This document shows, piece after piece, positions 11,184 to 24,499 of a DNA stretch of 64,000 bases. The translations under genes and the position numbers were made by a program. Each line of letters begins with the position of its first letter. Within the stretch, counting starts at the first letter, position 1. The stretch spans positions 209,004,001-209,068,000 of the forward strand of contig NC_086097.1 of NCBI RefSeq assembly GCF_963921235.1, written 5' to 3'. Below the pieces are notes generated by a model that saw nothing but the letters and a program-made list of their open reading frames with translations, did not search any database and was not told where the DNA came from. Source of the stretch: Mobula hypostoma. Its lineage: Eukaryota.

Positions 11184-14100
11184 ATAAGACCATAAGACAT
11201 AGAAGCAGAATTAGGCCATTTGGCCCATTGAGTCTTCTCCACTATTTCATCATGGCTGATCCAATTTTCCTTTCAGCCACAATCTTCTGCCTTCTCCCTG
11301 TATCCCTGCATACCCTGACCATCCAAGAATCAATTAACCTCTTCCTTAAATATACATAAAGTCTTGGCCTCTATGGCTGCTTGTGCCAAAGAATTTGACA
11401 GATTCACCACACTCTGACTAAAGAAATTACTCCTCATCTCCATTCTAAAAGGACTGCCCTCTATTCTGACGCTGCACCCTCTGGTCTAAGACTTTCACTA
11501 TAGGAAGCATCCTCTCCACATCCACTTCATCAAGGCCTGTGACTATTCATCAGATTTCAATGAATTCACCCCTCATGCTTCTGAATTCTAGTAAATACAG
11601 GTTCAGAGCCATCAGATGCTCTTCAAATCACAAGCCATTCAATGCTGGAATCATTTTGTGAAGCTCCTTTGAACCCTCTCCAGTTTCAGCACATTACGTC
11701 CTTTTGAAGAAAAGAGACGCAAAACTACTCACAATCCTCCAACTGAAGCCTAACCAATGCTTTATAAAATCTCAGCGCTACATCCTTGCTTTTATATTCT
11801 AGTCCTCTTGAAATGAATACTAACATTGCATTTGCCTTCTTCACACAGGCTCAACCTGCAAATTAACCTTCAGGGAGTCCTGCACAAGGAACTCTGAAGT
11901 CCCTTTGCACCTCAGTTTTTTTTGTATTTTTTCTCTATTTAGAAAGTAGTCAACCCTTTCATTCTTTCTACCAAAGTGCATGACCATACGCTTCCCAACA
12001 CTGTATTCCATCTGCCACTTCTTTGCCCATTCTCCTACACTGTCTTAATCCTTCTGTAGCCTTTCTACTTCTTCAAAACTACCTGCCCCTCTACCTATCA
12101 TCATATCATCTACAAACTTTGCAAAAAAATATGTCAATTCCATCATCCAAATCATTGGCATATAACATAAAAAGTATCAGTCCCAACACAGAACCCTGGT
12201 AAGTCACTAGCAGCCTACTAGAAAAGGCTCCATTTATTCACACACTTTGCCTCCTGCTAATCAGCCACTGCTTTATCCATACCAGAACCTTTACTGTAAT
12301 GCCATGGGCTCGTAACTTAATAAGCAGCCTCATGTGTGGCACCTTGTCAAAGGCCTTCTGAAAATATATTCTCCTTTGTCTATCCTGCTTGTTATTTCCT
12401 CAAAGAATTCCAACAGATTTGTTAGGCAATTGAGGAAGCCTTATTTTATCATGTGCCTCCAAGTACCCTGAGACCTCATCCTTAATAACCAATTCCAACA
12501 TCTTCCCAACCACTGATGTCAGACTAACTGTCCTATAGTTTCCTTTCCTCTAACTTTCCACTAATTTTTGTTCTATTATATACCCTCTCTTTGGCTTAAA
12601 TGTTGGCACTGACTTCTCTTGTTAGCCACTGTTGTGTCATCTTTTTATTAGAATACTTTTTCCTTTTTGGGATGTATATATCCTGTGCCTTCTGAATTGC
12701 TTCCAGAAACTCCAGCCATTGTTGTTCTGCTGTCATTCCTGCCGAAGTTCTTTTCCTGTCAATTCTGGCTAACTTCTCTCTCACGCCTCTGTAATTCCCC
12801 TTATTCCACCAAAATAATGTTACATCTGACTTTAGCTTCTCCTTTTTGAATTTCAGGGTCAATTTGATCACATTATGATCACTTGTCCAGAAGGGTTCTT
12901 TTTCTTATGGTCTCTAGTCAATTCTGGTTCATTGCACAACACCCAATCCAGAACAGCTGATCCTCTATTGGGCTCAACAAGGAGCTGCTCTAAACAGCCA
13001 CCTTCTAGGCACTCTAGAAATTCCCCTTCTTGGAATCCAGCACCAACCTGATTTTCCCAATCTACCTGCATATTGAAATCCCTTATGACTATTGTAACAT
13101 TGCCCTTTTAGCATGCATTTTCTATTTCCCGTTGTAATTTGTAGACCACATCCTTACCATTGTTTGGGGGTCTGTATACAACTCACTTCAAGGTCTTTTT
13201 ACCCTTGCAGTTCCTTAGCTCAATCCACAATATTTTAAACACCTCACCACCCTATGTCACCTATTTATAATGACTTAATTTCATTTTTTTTATCAACAGA
13301 GTAATGTCGCATCCTTGCTTTCCTACCTGTCCTTTCGATATATTGTGTTTCCTTAGACTTTAAGCTCTCAGCTATAATCTTCTTTCAGCCATGATTCCTA
13401 CAACATCATACAACTGTGCTGCAAGTTCATCTACCTTATTCTGTATACTGCACGCATTCACATCTAACACTTTCAGTCCAGTATTCACCCTTTTCGATTT
13501 TGTCTGCTTTTTATGTTGCAACTCATCCTGTTGATTGCAAGTTTGCCTATCAACAGCCTCTCCTCACTACTCATTGCCTCTGTTTGTAAACCAGCTACCT
13601 CATCTGTAGCACTATCATCCATCTTTCCTATGATACTTCCTGATTTGAAGTATACACAGCTCAGGACACTAGTCACACCATGCTCAACCTTTTGATTCCT
13701 AACTTTTCTGAGGTCTTACCAACATCTGCCTCCACAACCGCTCCACTAACTGTTCTGGTACTTTGGTTCCCATCCCCCTGTAACTCTAGTTTAAACGCCA
13801 CCATGCAAAATTACCAAACCTTCCCACTAGGGTATTTGTCCCCCTCCAGTTCAGGTGCAAACCATCCCTTCTGTACGGGACCCTCCTTCCCTGGAAGAAA
13901 GCCCAAAGATCCAAAATTCCCTCCCTCCTACTCCAACTCCTTAGCCATGTATTAAACGGTGCAAGCTTTAAACGGTCATAGACTGGCTAACATCACCCAT
14001 GTCACGGCCCCGCTGAGTCTCAGTTTATCCAGCAACCGCCATGAACAGTTAACCCTTTGTTATTGACTCTCCTCAAGCTCCCATTGTCCTGGGCCATCCC

Positions 14101-15167
14101 TGGTTAGTTAAACACAACCCCCACATTGACTGGCTCAGTCGCAAGATTGTAGGCTGGAGCCCATTCTGTCACTTTCCACTGCCTCTGCCATGTTCAGATC
14201 CCCTTGTCTCCAAGCCCAGATCCTCCTGAGGAATTTCTGGACCTTAGTGCCATCCCTCCTGAATACATGGACCTCAAGTCTGTGTTTCTCTACTGCCTCA
14301 TCGTCCATATGATTACGCCATTGATCTCTTGCCTGGTATATCTCCCCCAAGGGGCCACCTGTATCCCTGTCCGTACCTGAAACAGAAGCCATGAATAAGT
14401 ACATTCAAGAGCCCCTGGCTGCAGGCATCATCCAGTCGTCTTCCTCCCCTGCTGGTGCCGGTTTTCTCTTTGTTAAATCCTTACATCCATGCATTGATTA
14501 CTGGGGCCTGAATGAACTCCCGTCAAGCTCGTTGGACCCTGTTTCTCAAGATTGAATTTTACTCTGTCCTTCTGCTCCGGTTCCAAGAATGGAGAACATG
14601 ATGCCCTCTCCCGAAGAGTTCCCTCCTTTGAGATCCCTGAGGTCCCTGATGTCATCATCCCTGCTCACTTGTCTCGTGGGTGCAGTGCAATGGGACATTG
14701 AAGCTATTGTGCAAGCTGCTCAACAGAGTGAGGCAGCCCCTAGTCAATGCCCCACTAACCGTGTTTATGTTCCCAGCTCTGTCCGCTCACAGGTATTGCA
14801 GTGGGGTCATTCCTCCCGGTTATCCTGTCACCCTGGAACCAAGCGTACTCAGGCCTTCATCAGTCAGCCGTTCTGGCGGCCCTACCTAGGAGATGACATC
14901 CGCAACTTCGTCTCAGCCTGCTCGGACTGAGCTCAAGGCAAGAACTCTAACCGATCACCGGCTGGTCTGTTACAATCCCTATCTATCCACAAGAGACCCT
15001 GGTCCCACATTGCCCTGGATTTTGTCATCCGTCTTCCCCCATCAGATGGTAACACCACCATTCTCACAGTAGTTGATCATTTCTCCAAGTCTGTACATTT
15101 CATTCCTTTACCTAAGCTCCCCTCTGCCAAAGAAACAGCCAAGTTACTAGTACTGCATGTTTTTAAA

Positions 15168-15840
15168 TTAGATTAGATTAGATTATGAGGACACACAGTC
15201 CTCTTTTATTGTCATTTAGTAATGCATGCATTAAGAAATGATACAATTTGTTCCTCCAGAATGATATCACAGAAACACAAGACAAACCAAGACTAAAAAA
15301 CTGACAAAAACCACATAATTATAACATATAGTTACAACAGTGCAACAATACTGTAACTTGATAGAAGAACAGACCATGGACCCAGTAAAAAAGTCTCAAA
15401 GTCTCTCAAAAGTCCCATCATCTCACGCAGATGGTTGAAGGAAGAAAACTCTTCCTGCCATGAGCTTCCAGAGCCGCAAACTTGCCAATGCAGCACCCTG
15501 GAAGTACCCGACCACAGTCTGGTCCGAGTCCGTCCGAAAACTTCGAGCCTCTGACCAGCTCTCCGACACCAAGCACCGAGCACCATCTCTGCCAAGCGCT
15601 TCGACCCCGGCCCCAGCAACAGGCGATAGGCAAAGCCGAGGATTCGGGGCCTTCCCCTCCGGAGATTCTCAATCAGCGGCAGCAAAGCAGGCATTTCAGA
15701 AGTTTCTCCAGATGTTCGTCCGTGCTTCTCACGGCTGTCTCCATCAAATCAGGATTGTGCACGACATCCTACTTCACAAATACGATATCAATTTGGAGTG
15801 GCCGCGCGCGCTGCGTCACGCTGCCATCTTCTCCTTCTCC
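15168..15840 (-). mobile_element. ORF-less ~0.67 kb non-autonomous non-LTR element (family A)
   Basis: Splits the Gypsy integrase between VFKL and (H)GLPAD. (gatta)n tail on +, 5' end GGAGAAGGAGAAGATGGC on -, homologous along its length to 63381-64000. Confidence 0.85.
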
Positions 15841-16758
15841 AGGGTTTACTTGGTTTACCTGCAGATGTGTCAGGCAGGGGCTGTCAATTCACATCCAACT
15901 ACTGGAGGGCATTCTGTAATCTTCTGGGTGCCTCCATGAGTCTGACTTCAGGATTCACACCCACAGACCAATGGCTAGACGGAGCAGGCCAACCAACAGC
16001 GAGAGACAGTAATGCGGTGTCTGGTCTCCCAGAACCCCTCTGCGTGGAGTCTGCAGATACCCTGGGCCAAGTATGCCATAAAACTCTCATTTGTCCTCAT
16101 CCACCGGTCTGTCCCCCTTTGGGTGCTGCCTTGGCTACCAACCTCCACTGTTTCCTGCCCAGGAGGAGGAGGTTGGCATTCCATCTGCCAAGGCATTCAT
16201 CCGCTGTTGTCAGCAGACTCGCTCTGCCCTACTCCATGCCTCTGCTAGGATCAAGCGTCAAGCTGATCGCCATCGCTCCAAGGCCCCACGTTACCACCAG
16301 CGACAGCGTGTGTGGCTTTCGACCTGAGACCTGCCCCTCAAGGTAGATTCCTGCAAACTTGCCCATCAGTTCATTGGCCCCTTTCCCATTGCTAAAGTCA
16401 TCAGCCCTGCTGCCATCCGTCTCAAGCCCACCTCCGCTCTCTGCTGCATTCATCCCGCCTTCCATGTCTCCTGCATCAAGCCTTTCATGAGCCACCCCCT
16501 GCGTCCTGTCCCCAAAGCACCCCCCCCCCACAGCTCATTGATGGGTCAGAGACCTTCACGGTGCGTCAAGTGCTGGTCGTTCATCGTCGGGGTTGGGGCC
16601 TCCAGTACCTTGTGGACTGGGAGGTCTACGGTCCTGAGGAGAGGTGCTGGGTCCCCGCCCATAACATCCTGAACCCCTCTCTCATCAGGGACTTTCATCG
16701 CCAACACCCATCTCTACCTGCTGTGACGCCAGGAGGCACCCTTGGGGGGGGGTGTTAC

Positions 16759-17257
16759 TGTCAGTGCCTCCAGTTGAACTTTGTCTTTTTGTGTGTTTGT
16801 TTTTTTTTCCCCCTAGCTGTCAGTCTGTGGTTTTATATTGCTATGTGCTCCTGTCCCGCTCCTGCTCTACTCTGGCCCCTGTATTACTGAGTACTCCGTC
16901 TCTCATCTGCTTCTCATTATTACCTGTATTGCTGCCACCTGTGTCTCATTGTTCTCCACCTATCATTTGCCTCTGTTTATTGCTCAGTGTAGTTCAGTCT
17001 TGTGTTTTCACCTATTTGTTGCTAGATCGTGCGGGTGAATTTTCCTGAGCCTCTCCAGCATTTGTATCTGTATTCTGTCTGTGTGAGTATTGACTCTGCC
17101 TGTTTCCCGATTCTGGTTTCTGGATTTCTCTGGATATTTTGATCTCTGCCTGAACTTTGACACCAACTTTGTTAGCACCTCAGGATTTGTTACTCAATTA
17201 CTATCACTGTGCACAGTACTGGGTCTGCAATTGGATCCCTGCTCCAGCACCTTGACA
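16759..17257 (+). repeat. Gypsy 3' LTR (499 bp)
   Basis: TGTCA...TGACA inverted termini just after a G-rich polypurine tract. CR1 ORF1 resumes at 17258. Confidence 0.85.
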
Positions 17258-18054
17258 GCTCCTTAACACAGATTGTTAGAAGCTGCAGCTGGAAGCACCT
17301 CTTGCAGTTGTAGTTGTCAGGGCCACTGGATGTCTCCCTGCCTTCCCACGTCCCGCTAGAGGAGCATTCCACTATTTTGCCAGTCATCTCTACTGTCCTA
17401 GCTAAGCAGATACTATATACAGAAGGGAAGGGAAAAAAAAACTTAACCTAGAGCTTTTCTTTCCTTTGCTTTCTGACTGAAGCCTCTTCTCTATGAAGCC
17501 TTGAAGAAGCAAAGCCTCAAGATCACCACTCTGACTTTGTTCACTCAGACGATGCCACTGTGTTTTCCCCTGCCTTCCTTTAATTTGCTCTTGTTAATCA
17601 ATCCCAAATGTCGATTGGCCACTGGTTAAAGCTCTTTTTCACTGTAGCAATCCGCTGCTGTCTTTTGTACTTGGGCACTGGACCTGATTGAAGTCCCTTC
17701 CCCTCAAAGCTTCTGATGTCTGGATTTGCCGCTAGTCAGAGCTCTTTTTGACCAAGGTTGAAGTCATGGCTGGGAAAAGGGAAAGGAAGAAGGGAGGGAG
17801 TGGAAAGCACCAGAGTGACATTCTGTAATTGTCAATAAACCAGCTGTCTGAAATCAAATGACCTTGCCTGATTTCTCAGAACTAAATGCCTGACCCACAC
17901 AACCCCTGCCCCTGGCACTCATTCTCCACCACCTATCCCACACCACTTCCATGGTGCTCCGTTTTAGCCACTCCCAACATCCTTTACTCCTGCCAGACTT
18001 ACAAACTCACTTTCTGCTCCATGTTGAGAAATATTTGCACCATACTGTATCTAT

Positions 18055-18345
18055 GATGCCACTTTCAGAGAATTATGGATCTCTACTCCCAGATCCCCCT
18101 GTTGTACAGCACTCCTCAGTGCTCTACCATACACTCTGTAAATCCAACTCTGGTTTTCCTCCTAAAGTGCAACACTTTACACTTGACTGCATTAAATTCC
18201 ATCTGCCATTTTACAGCTCATTTTCCAGCTTCTCCAGATCACGTTGCAAGCTTTGATCACCTTCCTCGCTGTCCACTATGCTCTCAATGTCATCCACACA
18301 TTTTCTGATTCAGTTTACCACATTATCATCCAGATCATTGAATGC
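18055..18345 (-). mobile_element. CR1 RT internal fragment
   Basis: 'ttaaattccatctgccatttt' (KWQMEFN) and 'cacattatcatccagatcattg' (NDLDDNV) read on the minus strand. Confidence 0.8.
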
Positions 18346-18619
18346 GATGACAATATTTTTGATTTCTTTCTCATTCTCACCAAACTGCTCACTGTCTCTC
18401 ATTCTGCCATTTCTCCAGGTAAACTACCTCCTTGAATTAACAGCAAGAATGAGTATAATTCGAGCTTAAGCATCTTGTAAGAGGGTTACTTAGAAAAACC
18501 AGTGCACTTGTATTCAAAGTTTGTAGCAGTATTGAAGTAAATACAGAGATCAGCAATAACCTGAGTAGGAACTTGTTATTCACCACATTCTTCAGTGTAC
18601 TTACTCACAGGTTGCTCTC

Positions 18620-19095
18620 TCACTCTAAATGGGTAGTCTAGAACCCAATGGCATGAATATTGAGTTTACTAATTTGCGGTAACCCCTCCTTTCTACCCAC
18701 TGCCCAGCCCCCAGTCTCTTTCTGATCCTCTCATTTTTGTTCTCCTTCTCAAACTCCCACCCCTTGCCTTCACCTATTGTCACCTTCTCCTTCCTCCACC
18801 CACCTCCTTCACACACAAGCGACCCCACCATCCCCACCTCCCACCTCGTTTCAACTGATGTTCACCTTGTCCAACTCCACCAACAATTGTTCCTGTTCTC
18901 ACCTCCTGCTTATCTCCTTCCAGTAGCTGTCTCCAACCTTCACTTTCCCCTCCCCCACCTCACTCCTAATGTTATTTTTTTCTTTTTCCTCTCCCTCTCT
19001 ATCGGCCTCTATCTATCATTCACCTGACACATTTTTCTAGCTCTACACCTGCTCACGTTCCCTATCTCTATGTCACATTCCACCTCTTCTTAGTC
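18620..19095 (+). mobile_element. Penelope-like 3' remnant
   Basis: GSLEPNGMNIEFTNLR followed by the same type of pyrimidine-rich tract as the other copies. Confidence 0.65.
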
Positions 19096-19504
19096 CTCAC
19101 ATATTGGTTTCCTCCCACATCTCAAAACCATACGGGTTTCTGAGGTAATTGCCAACATTGAACAATCCCTGATGTAGTTGGGTGGCAGGAAACACGGGAG
19201 GAATTGTTTGTCATGTGACAGGTTCAAAGAAATATTGGTGCAGACTAAACAGTTGAATAGTCTCCTTCAGGATTATGATAAATATGGATAAAATACATGG
19301 AATATGGATGCAAAAGAGTAGACTGAACACATGATTAGAATTGTTGGTTTAATGGAGGTTAAACACAAATAGGTTTGTTGCATCAGGTGGGCTCGTTCTA
19401 TATTTAGAAATTAAACTTTTTTTGGGCTTCGAGCTGGGTACGGATATCGATGACAAACTCTTCAGGGGCAATGCTTGGGCGTGTCTAGTCTGGTGGTATT
19501 CTAT

Positions 19505-19795
19505 GTTTATTGGTTTATCATTCTTATCACATGTAGTTAGGGATAGTGAAACACTTGCCTTGAATACGGCTCGCACAAATCAATTCATTACTACAGTATA
19601 TTGAGATAGTACAAGGTAAAACAATAACAGTGTGCAGAATAAAATGTTGCAGTTATGGAGAAAGTGCAGTGCAAGTAGACAATAAAGTGCAGGGTCATAA
19701 TGAGATAGATTGTGAGGTCGACTTCTGTCATATTAGGTAGCCATTGAATAGTCCTATAACAGCAGAATAGAAGCTGTTCTTGAGCCTGGTGGTGG
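19505..19795 (-). mobile_element. Rex1/Babar-type 3' end remnant
   Basis: Similar to 25060-25310; 'gaatagaagctgttcttgagcctggtggt' reads TTRLKNSFY on the minus strand. Confidence 0.6.
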
Positions 19796-20482
19796 GGAGT
19801 AGAAGAAAGGAAAGTCTCTTTATATATTTAGTATTTCTATGTACTGTTAAATTACAGTATATTAGTACATTTTCTTTTTACTAATTTCCCCTTTAGAGCA
19901 GCATTGTTCTGAGCATGTCTGACATTTAGGAGTGGCAATAAAGAAAACAGCCATTCTGCTTAGTTGTACTTTTGTATAATTAATCATATTTAACAAAAAC
20001 TTCTTAGCCACAATTCGCAGTTGGTAGACTTACTGCACAATTCACAGTTGGTGAAGCCATGCAGAGCCCTTCAAGAGAGGAAAGCTGAGGGCTGGTCATT
20101 CACAACTAATTATGTGGACACGTTGAAGGGGTCTGAAGGCATCAATGTATTGTCCAAGAGTTGCTGCAGACATTATTTCATTTAGGGCTCTCAAGAAGTA
20201 AAAGGCATATAACAGAAGATATTGAACTGTAAATGAATGAACAAGTCTGGTACATTTGAGGGTATGGGGGTTTCACTGTTCCCTTTCTCCAAGCAGGTTT
20301 CCATAAGTCTCACTCCCTTCCCCCATAGTCTCCATACTAATCATCCAACTCCCCTAGTTCTCATGCTCAGTGAAAATACCACAGGACCCTATCCCTCCCT
20401 TTCTAAGTCTCCATTCTAAACAAAACACCACCCTTTCTAATTCCCTTCCCATTTCTAACTTCCCTTTCTTCTCACTCATCAA

Positions 20483-20822
20483 GTATAAAGGCCTGAACAG
20501 ATTAGATATGGCAAAGTTACTTCCCATGGTAGGGGATTCTAGGACAAGGAGGCACAACTTCAGGATTGAAGGACGTCCTTTTAGAAATGAGATGCCAAGA
20601 AATTACTTTAGTCAGAGGGTGGTAAATCGATGGAATTTGTTGCCACGAGCGGCTATGGAGGCCAAGTCATTGGGTGTATTTAAGGCAGAGATGGATAGGT
20701 TCTTGATTAGCCAGGGCATTAAAGGGTATGGGGTGAAAGCAGGGGAGTGGGGATGACTGGAAGAATTGGACCAGCCCATGATTGAATGGCTTTCTTCTGC
20801 TCCTATATCTTATGGTCTTATA
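20483..20822 (+). mobile_element. CR1 3' end
   Basis: KGLNRLDMAKLLPMVGDSRTRRHNFRI...FSQRVVNRWN; tail 'tcttatggtcttat'. Confidence 0.92.
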
Positions 20823-21189
20823 TTCTCAGTTATCTAAACTGGACTCTGTAAAGGATTATCACAAAATATGATCATTGGCTTACCTGGTGTGGATTTGTTC
20901 CATTATCTATTTTTATTTCAGGTTTCTTGCATTTTTTTGCACTGGTTTAGTGTCACTTATATAATTCATCATCCTCAATTTCAGCCCCAGTCCATTCTCA
21001 GGTTGGTATTGTATATCTCAGGTTGCAACTCTGAAGTAACTTACAGGCTCACTGTGGCTACTCATTTGCCATCTTCCAGGCTGCCTTTCCTTGCTCCTGT
21101 AGTGCTGGATTACTGACTCAATTACTCAGAAGACATAGCTTATTCCTTTCTCTATTGTCTTCCCTCCACTGTATGCATTGCTAACAAGA

Positions 21190-22557
21190 CCAAACATTGG
21201 TGCTTCTTCCTGCACCCATGCTGAACTCGTTGATTTTATCCACTTTGCCTCCAACTTCCACCCTGCACTCAAATCCACCACACTTCCCTACACTTTCTCA
21301 ATCTCAGTGTCTCTGTCTCCAGAGACAGCTTATCCACTGTTGTCTACTATAAACCAATGGACTCTCACAGGTGCCTGGACTATACCTTGTTTCACCCTGC
21401 TACTTTCTAAAAATGCCATCCCATTCTCTCAATTCCTCCATCTCCATCACATCTGCTCTCAGGATGAGACTTTTCATTTTAGAATGAAGGAGATGTCCTC
21501 CTTTTTCAAAGAAAGGGGCTTCTCTTCTTCCACCATCAATGCTGCCCACAACCGCATCTCTTCCATTTCATGCAAATCTGCTCTTGCCCCATCCTCCCAC
21601 CACCCTAACAAGGATAAGGTTCCTCTCATCTTCACCTACCACCCCACCAGCCTCCATGCCCAGCCACATAATTTTTCAAAACTTCTGCCACCACCAACTG
21701 GATCCCACCACCAAACACATTGTTCCCTCCCCACCCCACCACTTTCTGCTTTCTGCAGGGAGCGATCCCTATGCGACTCCCTTGTCCATTCGTCCTTCTT
21801 CACTGATCTCCTTCCTGGTACTTATCCTTGCAAGCAGAACAAGTGCTACATCTGCCACTACACCTCCTCACTCACTAAACAGTCCTTCCAGGTGAGGTGA
21901 CATTTCACCTGTGAGTCTGTTGGGTCATATACTGGTGCTCTCAATGTGGCCTCCTGTATATCAGTGAGACCTGATGTAGATTGGGAGATTGCTTCGTTGA
22001 GCATCTATACTCCATCCACCAGAACAAGTGGGATCTCCCAGTAGTCACCCAATTTAATTCCACTTCCCCTTCCTATCCTGATATGTCCATCCACGGCCTC
22101 CTCTACTGTCATGATAAAGCCACTCTTAGGTTGGAGGAACAACACCTTATATTCCGTTTGGGTAGCCTGCAACCTGATGGCATGAAAATTGGTTTCTCAA
22201 ACTTCCAGTAATGCCTCCCTGGCCCCCCTTCACCATTTCCCATCCCTTTTTCCCTCTCTCAAGTTATCTCCTTGCATGCACATCGCCTACCTCTGTTGCT
22301 CCTCCCCACCCTTTTTTTTCTTCCACAGCCTTTTGTCTGTTTCACCAATTAATTTCCTAGCTTTTTGCTTCACCCCCCTCTCCAAGTTTTACCTGTCACC
22401 TGGTGTTTCTCTCTCCCCTCCCGCCACCTTTTAAATCTACTCATCTTTTTTTTCTCCAGTCCTGCAAAAGGGTTTCTGCTCGAAACATCGTCTGTACTTT
22501 TTTTCCATAGATGCTGCCTGGCCAGCTGAATTCCTCTAGCACTTTGTGTGTGTTGAC
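21190..22557 (+). mobile_element. Penelope-like element (RT C-terminus, GIY-YIG endonuclease, pseudo-LTR), defective
   Basis: ELVDFIHFASNFHPALK, NAIPFSQFLHLHHICS, VPLIFTYHP, LGDCFVEHL, LEEQHLIFRLGSLQPDGM. Pseudo-LTR with a degenerate hammerhead near 22455-22495. Confidence 0.92.
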
Positions 22558-23262
22558 CGAACACCCAAATTACTTAGATGGGACCTACCATTTAAAAAAA
22601 AATCATCTTTCGCTGGATCTGCACACTGGATGTGAGTACTTTCTGAAAATCTTTCCCATTTTTCTGTTGAGGTCGATTAATAACTTACTTTTATAAACAT
22701 ATGTTGCAGACTACAATATTGGCTTTCACTGTTGAGGAAGGATATTTACTGTTTCTTCTTACACCATAGTTTAAAATTCTGATAAGATCAAAGTTCAAAA
22801 TAAATTTATTGTCAAAGTACATGTATGTCACCATATGCAACCCTGGGATTCATTTTCTTGTCCATAGAACTCTAATAATTTGAAAAATACCTGGATATGA
22901 TTGTGTTACATTTCTTATGTCTTTCAGTGGCAACTTCTAGTTCGTTATACCTTGGTACATAAGTCACTGAGGTACTTCACATTTATTAAGTACCTATAAA
23001 GGGAATATCATTCATTTAAGTCCTGCGAAGCTGAGAGGATTTTGTCATTGTGAAACGATTGATGGTAGCTGAGCCACCCACCATGCATCCCAATGGATGA
23101 AATCTAAGCCCCCAAGCAAATTCTCTTCTAGCCTTTTGTTTGTGCATGGTTTAATGCAGTAAAACTATTGGTCCTGAAAGGGAAACACCTTTCAAGAGAA
23201 CACTACTCTTTTTGACCTCTCATTACCTCAAAAAATAATTCTGCCCTTTAGTAAAAAGAATA

Positions 23263-23322
23263 TACTCTCAGTGGCCCTTTATTTTGCACAGGAGGTTGCT
23301 AATAAAGTGGCCACTGAATGTA
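23263..23322. mobile_element. Tc1/mariner-type mini-MITE
   Basis: TA + CTCTCAGTGGCCCTTTATT ... AATAAAGTGGCCACTGAATG + TA: about 20-bp inverted termini with TA duplication. Confidence 0.75.
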
Positions 23323-24499
23323 TGACATAGACTACAAGACTGTGTCTTTACGTACAGAGAGGACCTTGTAAGTGCACTGTGACTGCAGGATATTACCTCT
23401 TGCAGTTAGGAGGTTTAGGTTTAACTACTCTGCAAATAATGTGGGAGTCCCATGATCTGCATGACTCCAGTACGAGCATAAGGGCCACAGGAATTTACAA
23501 TTGCTGATCTTTCAATGTCTAAGGAGGTTTCCTAATTAGTTTGCCACAAGGAGTTCTCATATACCCCTTTATAAATGACTCACAGGTTATGCAGCACATT
23601 TTGTTTAGCGTCCCAAGACTTGGGTCAGACTTTGAAAGGACAATCGGTTCCAATGGACCCTATTCAAGCACTCAAGAGTGCAACTAAAGCCTATGCAAGA
23701 GCTCAGTTCTCAGTCCCTAAATGTGCCTTATTTATGCTGCAGGGTAAGCTGGTTCACTATTTTAGACAAATAACTGTCCTGTGTAGTAAAGGCTAGGAAC
23801 TTATCATCCAAGGGGTTATATTAACAAGCATATGTTTTAGTAAGATCTGATTGAAGATTTGTCTAGAATAGTGCCCCCAACATGCCTATGCTTATCACCT
23901 ATCTTACTCCCAGCCCCTCTGCTTGCATGCAATCACGCATCCACACTTAATTGAGTCATATGAGAGAGAATCCATTTATATCTATCTACTAATCCATCTG
24001 TTCTATGGCCTTCATTTTGTTTGTGTTTCTTTGGGTGAATCCCTAAGATTTTAGAATCCAGAGTTCAAAGTACCTTTGAGTTCTGGTTTCTTCTGTCATA
24101 GTTTGCAATTTAAATGAAGAAAAAAAACTTGGTCACAGAACTTGAAGTCAAAGCACTTTTTACAAAGTGACAAATGTTACTTATTTATTCTCCTGCATCA
24201 AAACAGACATATTTCAATTCTTTGGTTTATTCACTTAAAATAATTACATAAAAAACTTCCTCTCTTCTCACAATCTATTCTTTCTTCCTTTCCCTTTTGT
24301 TCCTGACTCAACATTGTATTCAATATACTAACTCTGTGTTCATCTCAGAATCTCCCAAACTGGTCAGTTAAGAAAATGACTGCATGTTTCACTCAGATCT
24401 CAAATCACCTGTAGTAACTTGCACCACAAATTAAATGTCTACAAGTAAGCTTCGTTGATGATCTTTAGTGATTTTGAGGCAATAATGGTAAATCATTTC

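Larger units (their letters stand above)
13985..17257 (+). mobile_element. Ty3/Gypsy chromodomain-bearing LTR retrotransposon, 5'-truncated and internally deleted
   Basis: [66 protein letters not shown], chromodomain [19 protein letters not shown], polypurine tract at 16744-16752 and 3' LTR. Confidence 0.93.
11183..17750 (-). mobile_element. Long decayed CR1 LINE (ORF1 N-terminus, endonuclease, RT, 3' UTR) interrupted by a Gypsy element
   Basis: ORF1 start MTGKIVECSSSGTWEGRETSSGPDNYNCKRCFQLQLL at 17387; ORF1 end near 13960-13700; endonuclease remnants (LEQLLVEPNRGSAVLDWVLCN); RT and tail down to 11183. Internal deletions. Confidence 0.88.

Noticed and set aside
10345..11450. Two similar ~265-bp blocks about 840 bp apart resembling LTRs
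   Set aside because: Both are CR1 3' UTRs with microsatellite tails, not TG...CA LTRs.
15332..15939. Overlapping 120-159 aa ORFs on both strands
   Set aside because: Result of GC-rich family A sequence; no recognisable domain, and no equivalent long ORF is evident in the second copy at 63381-64000.
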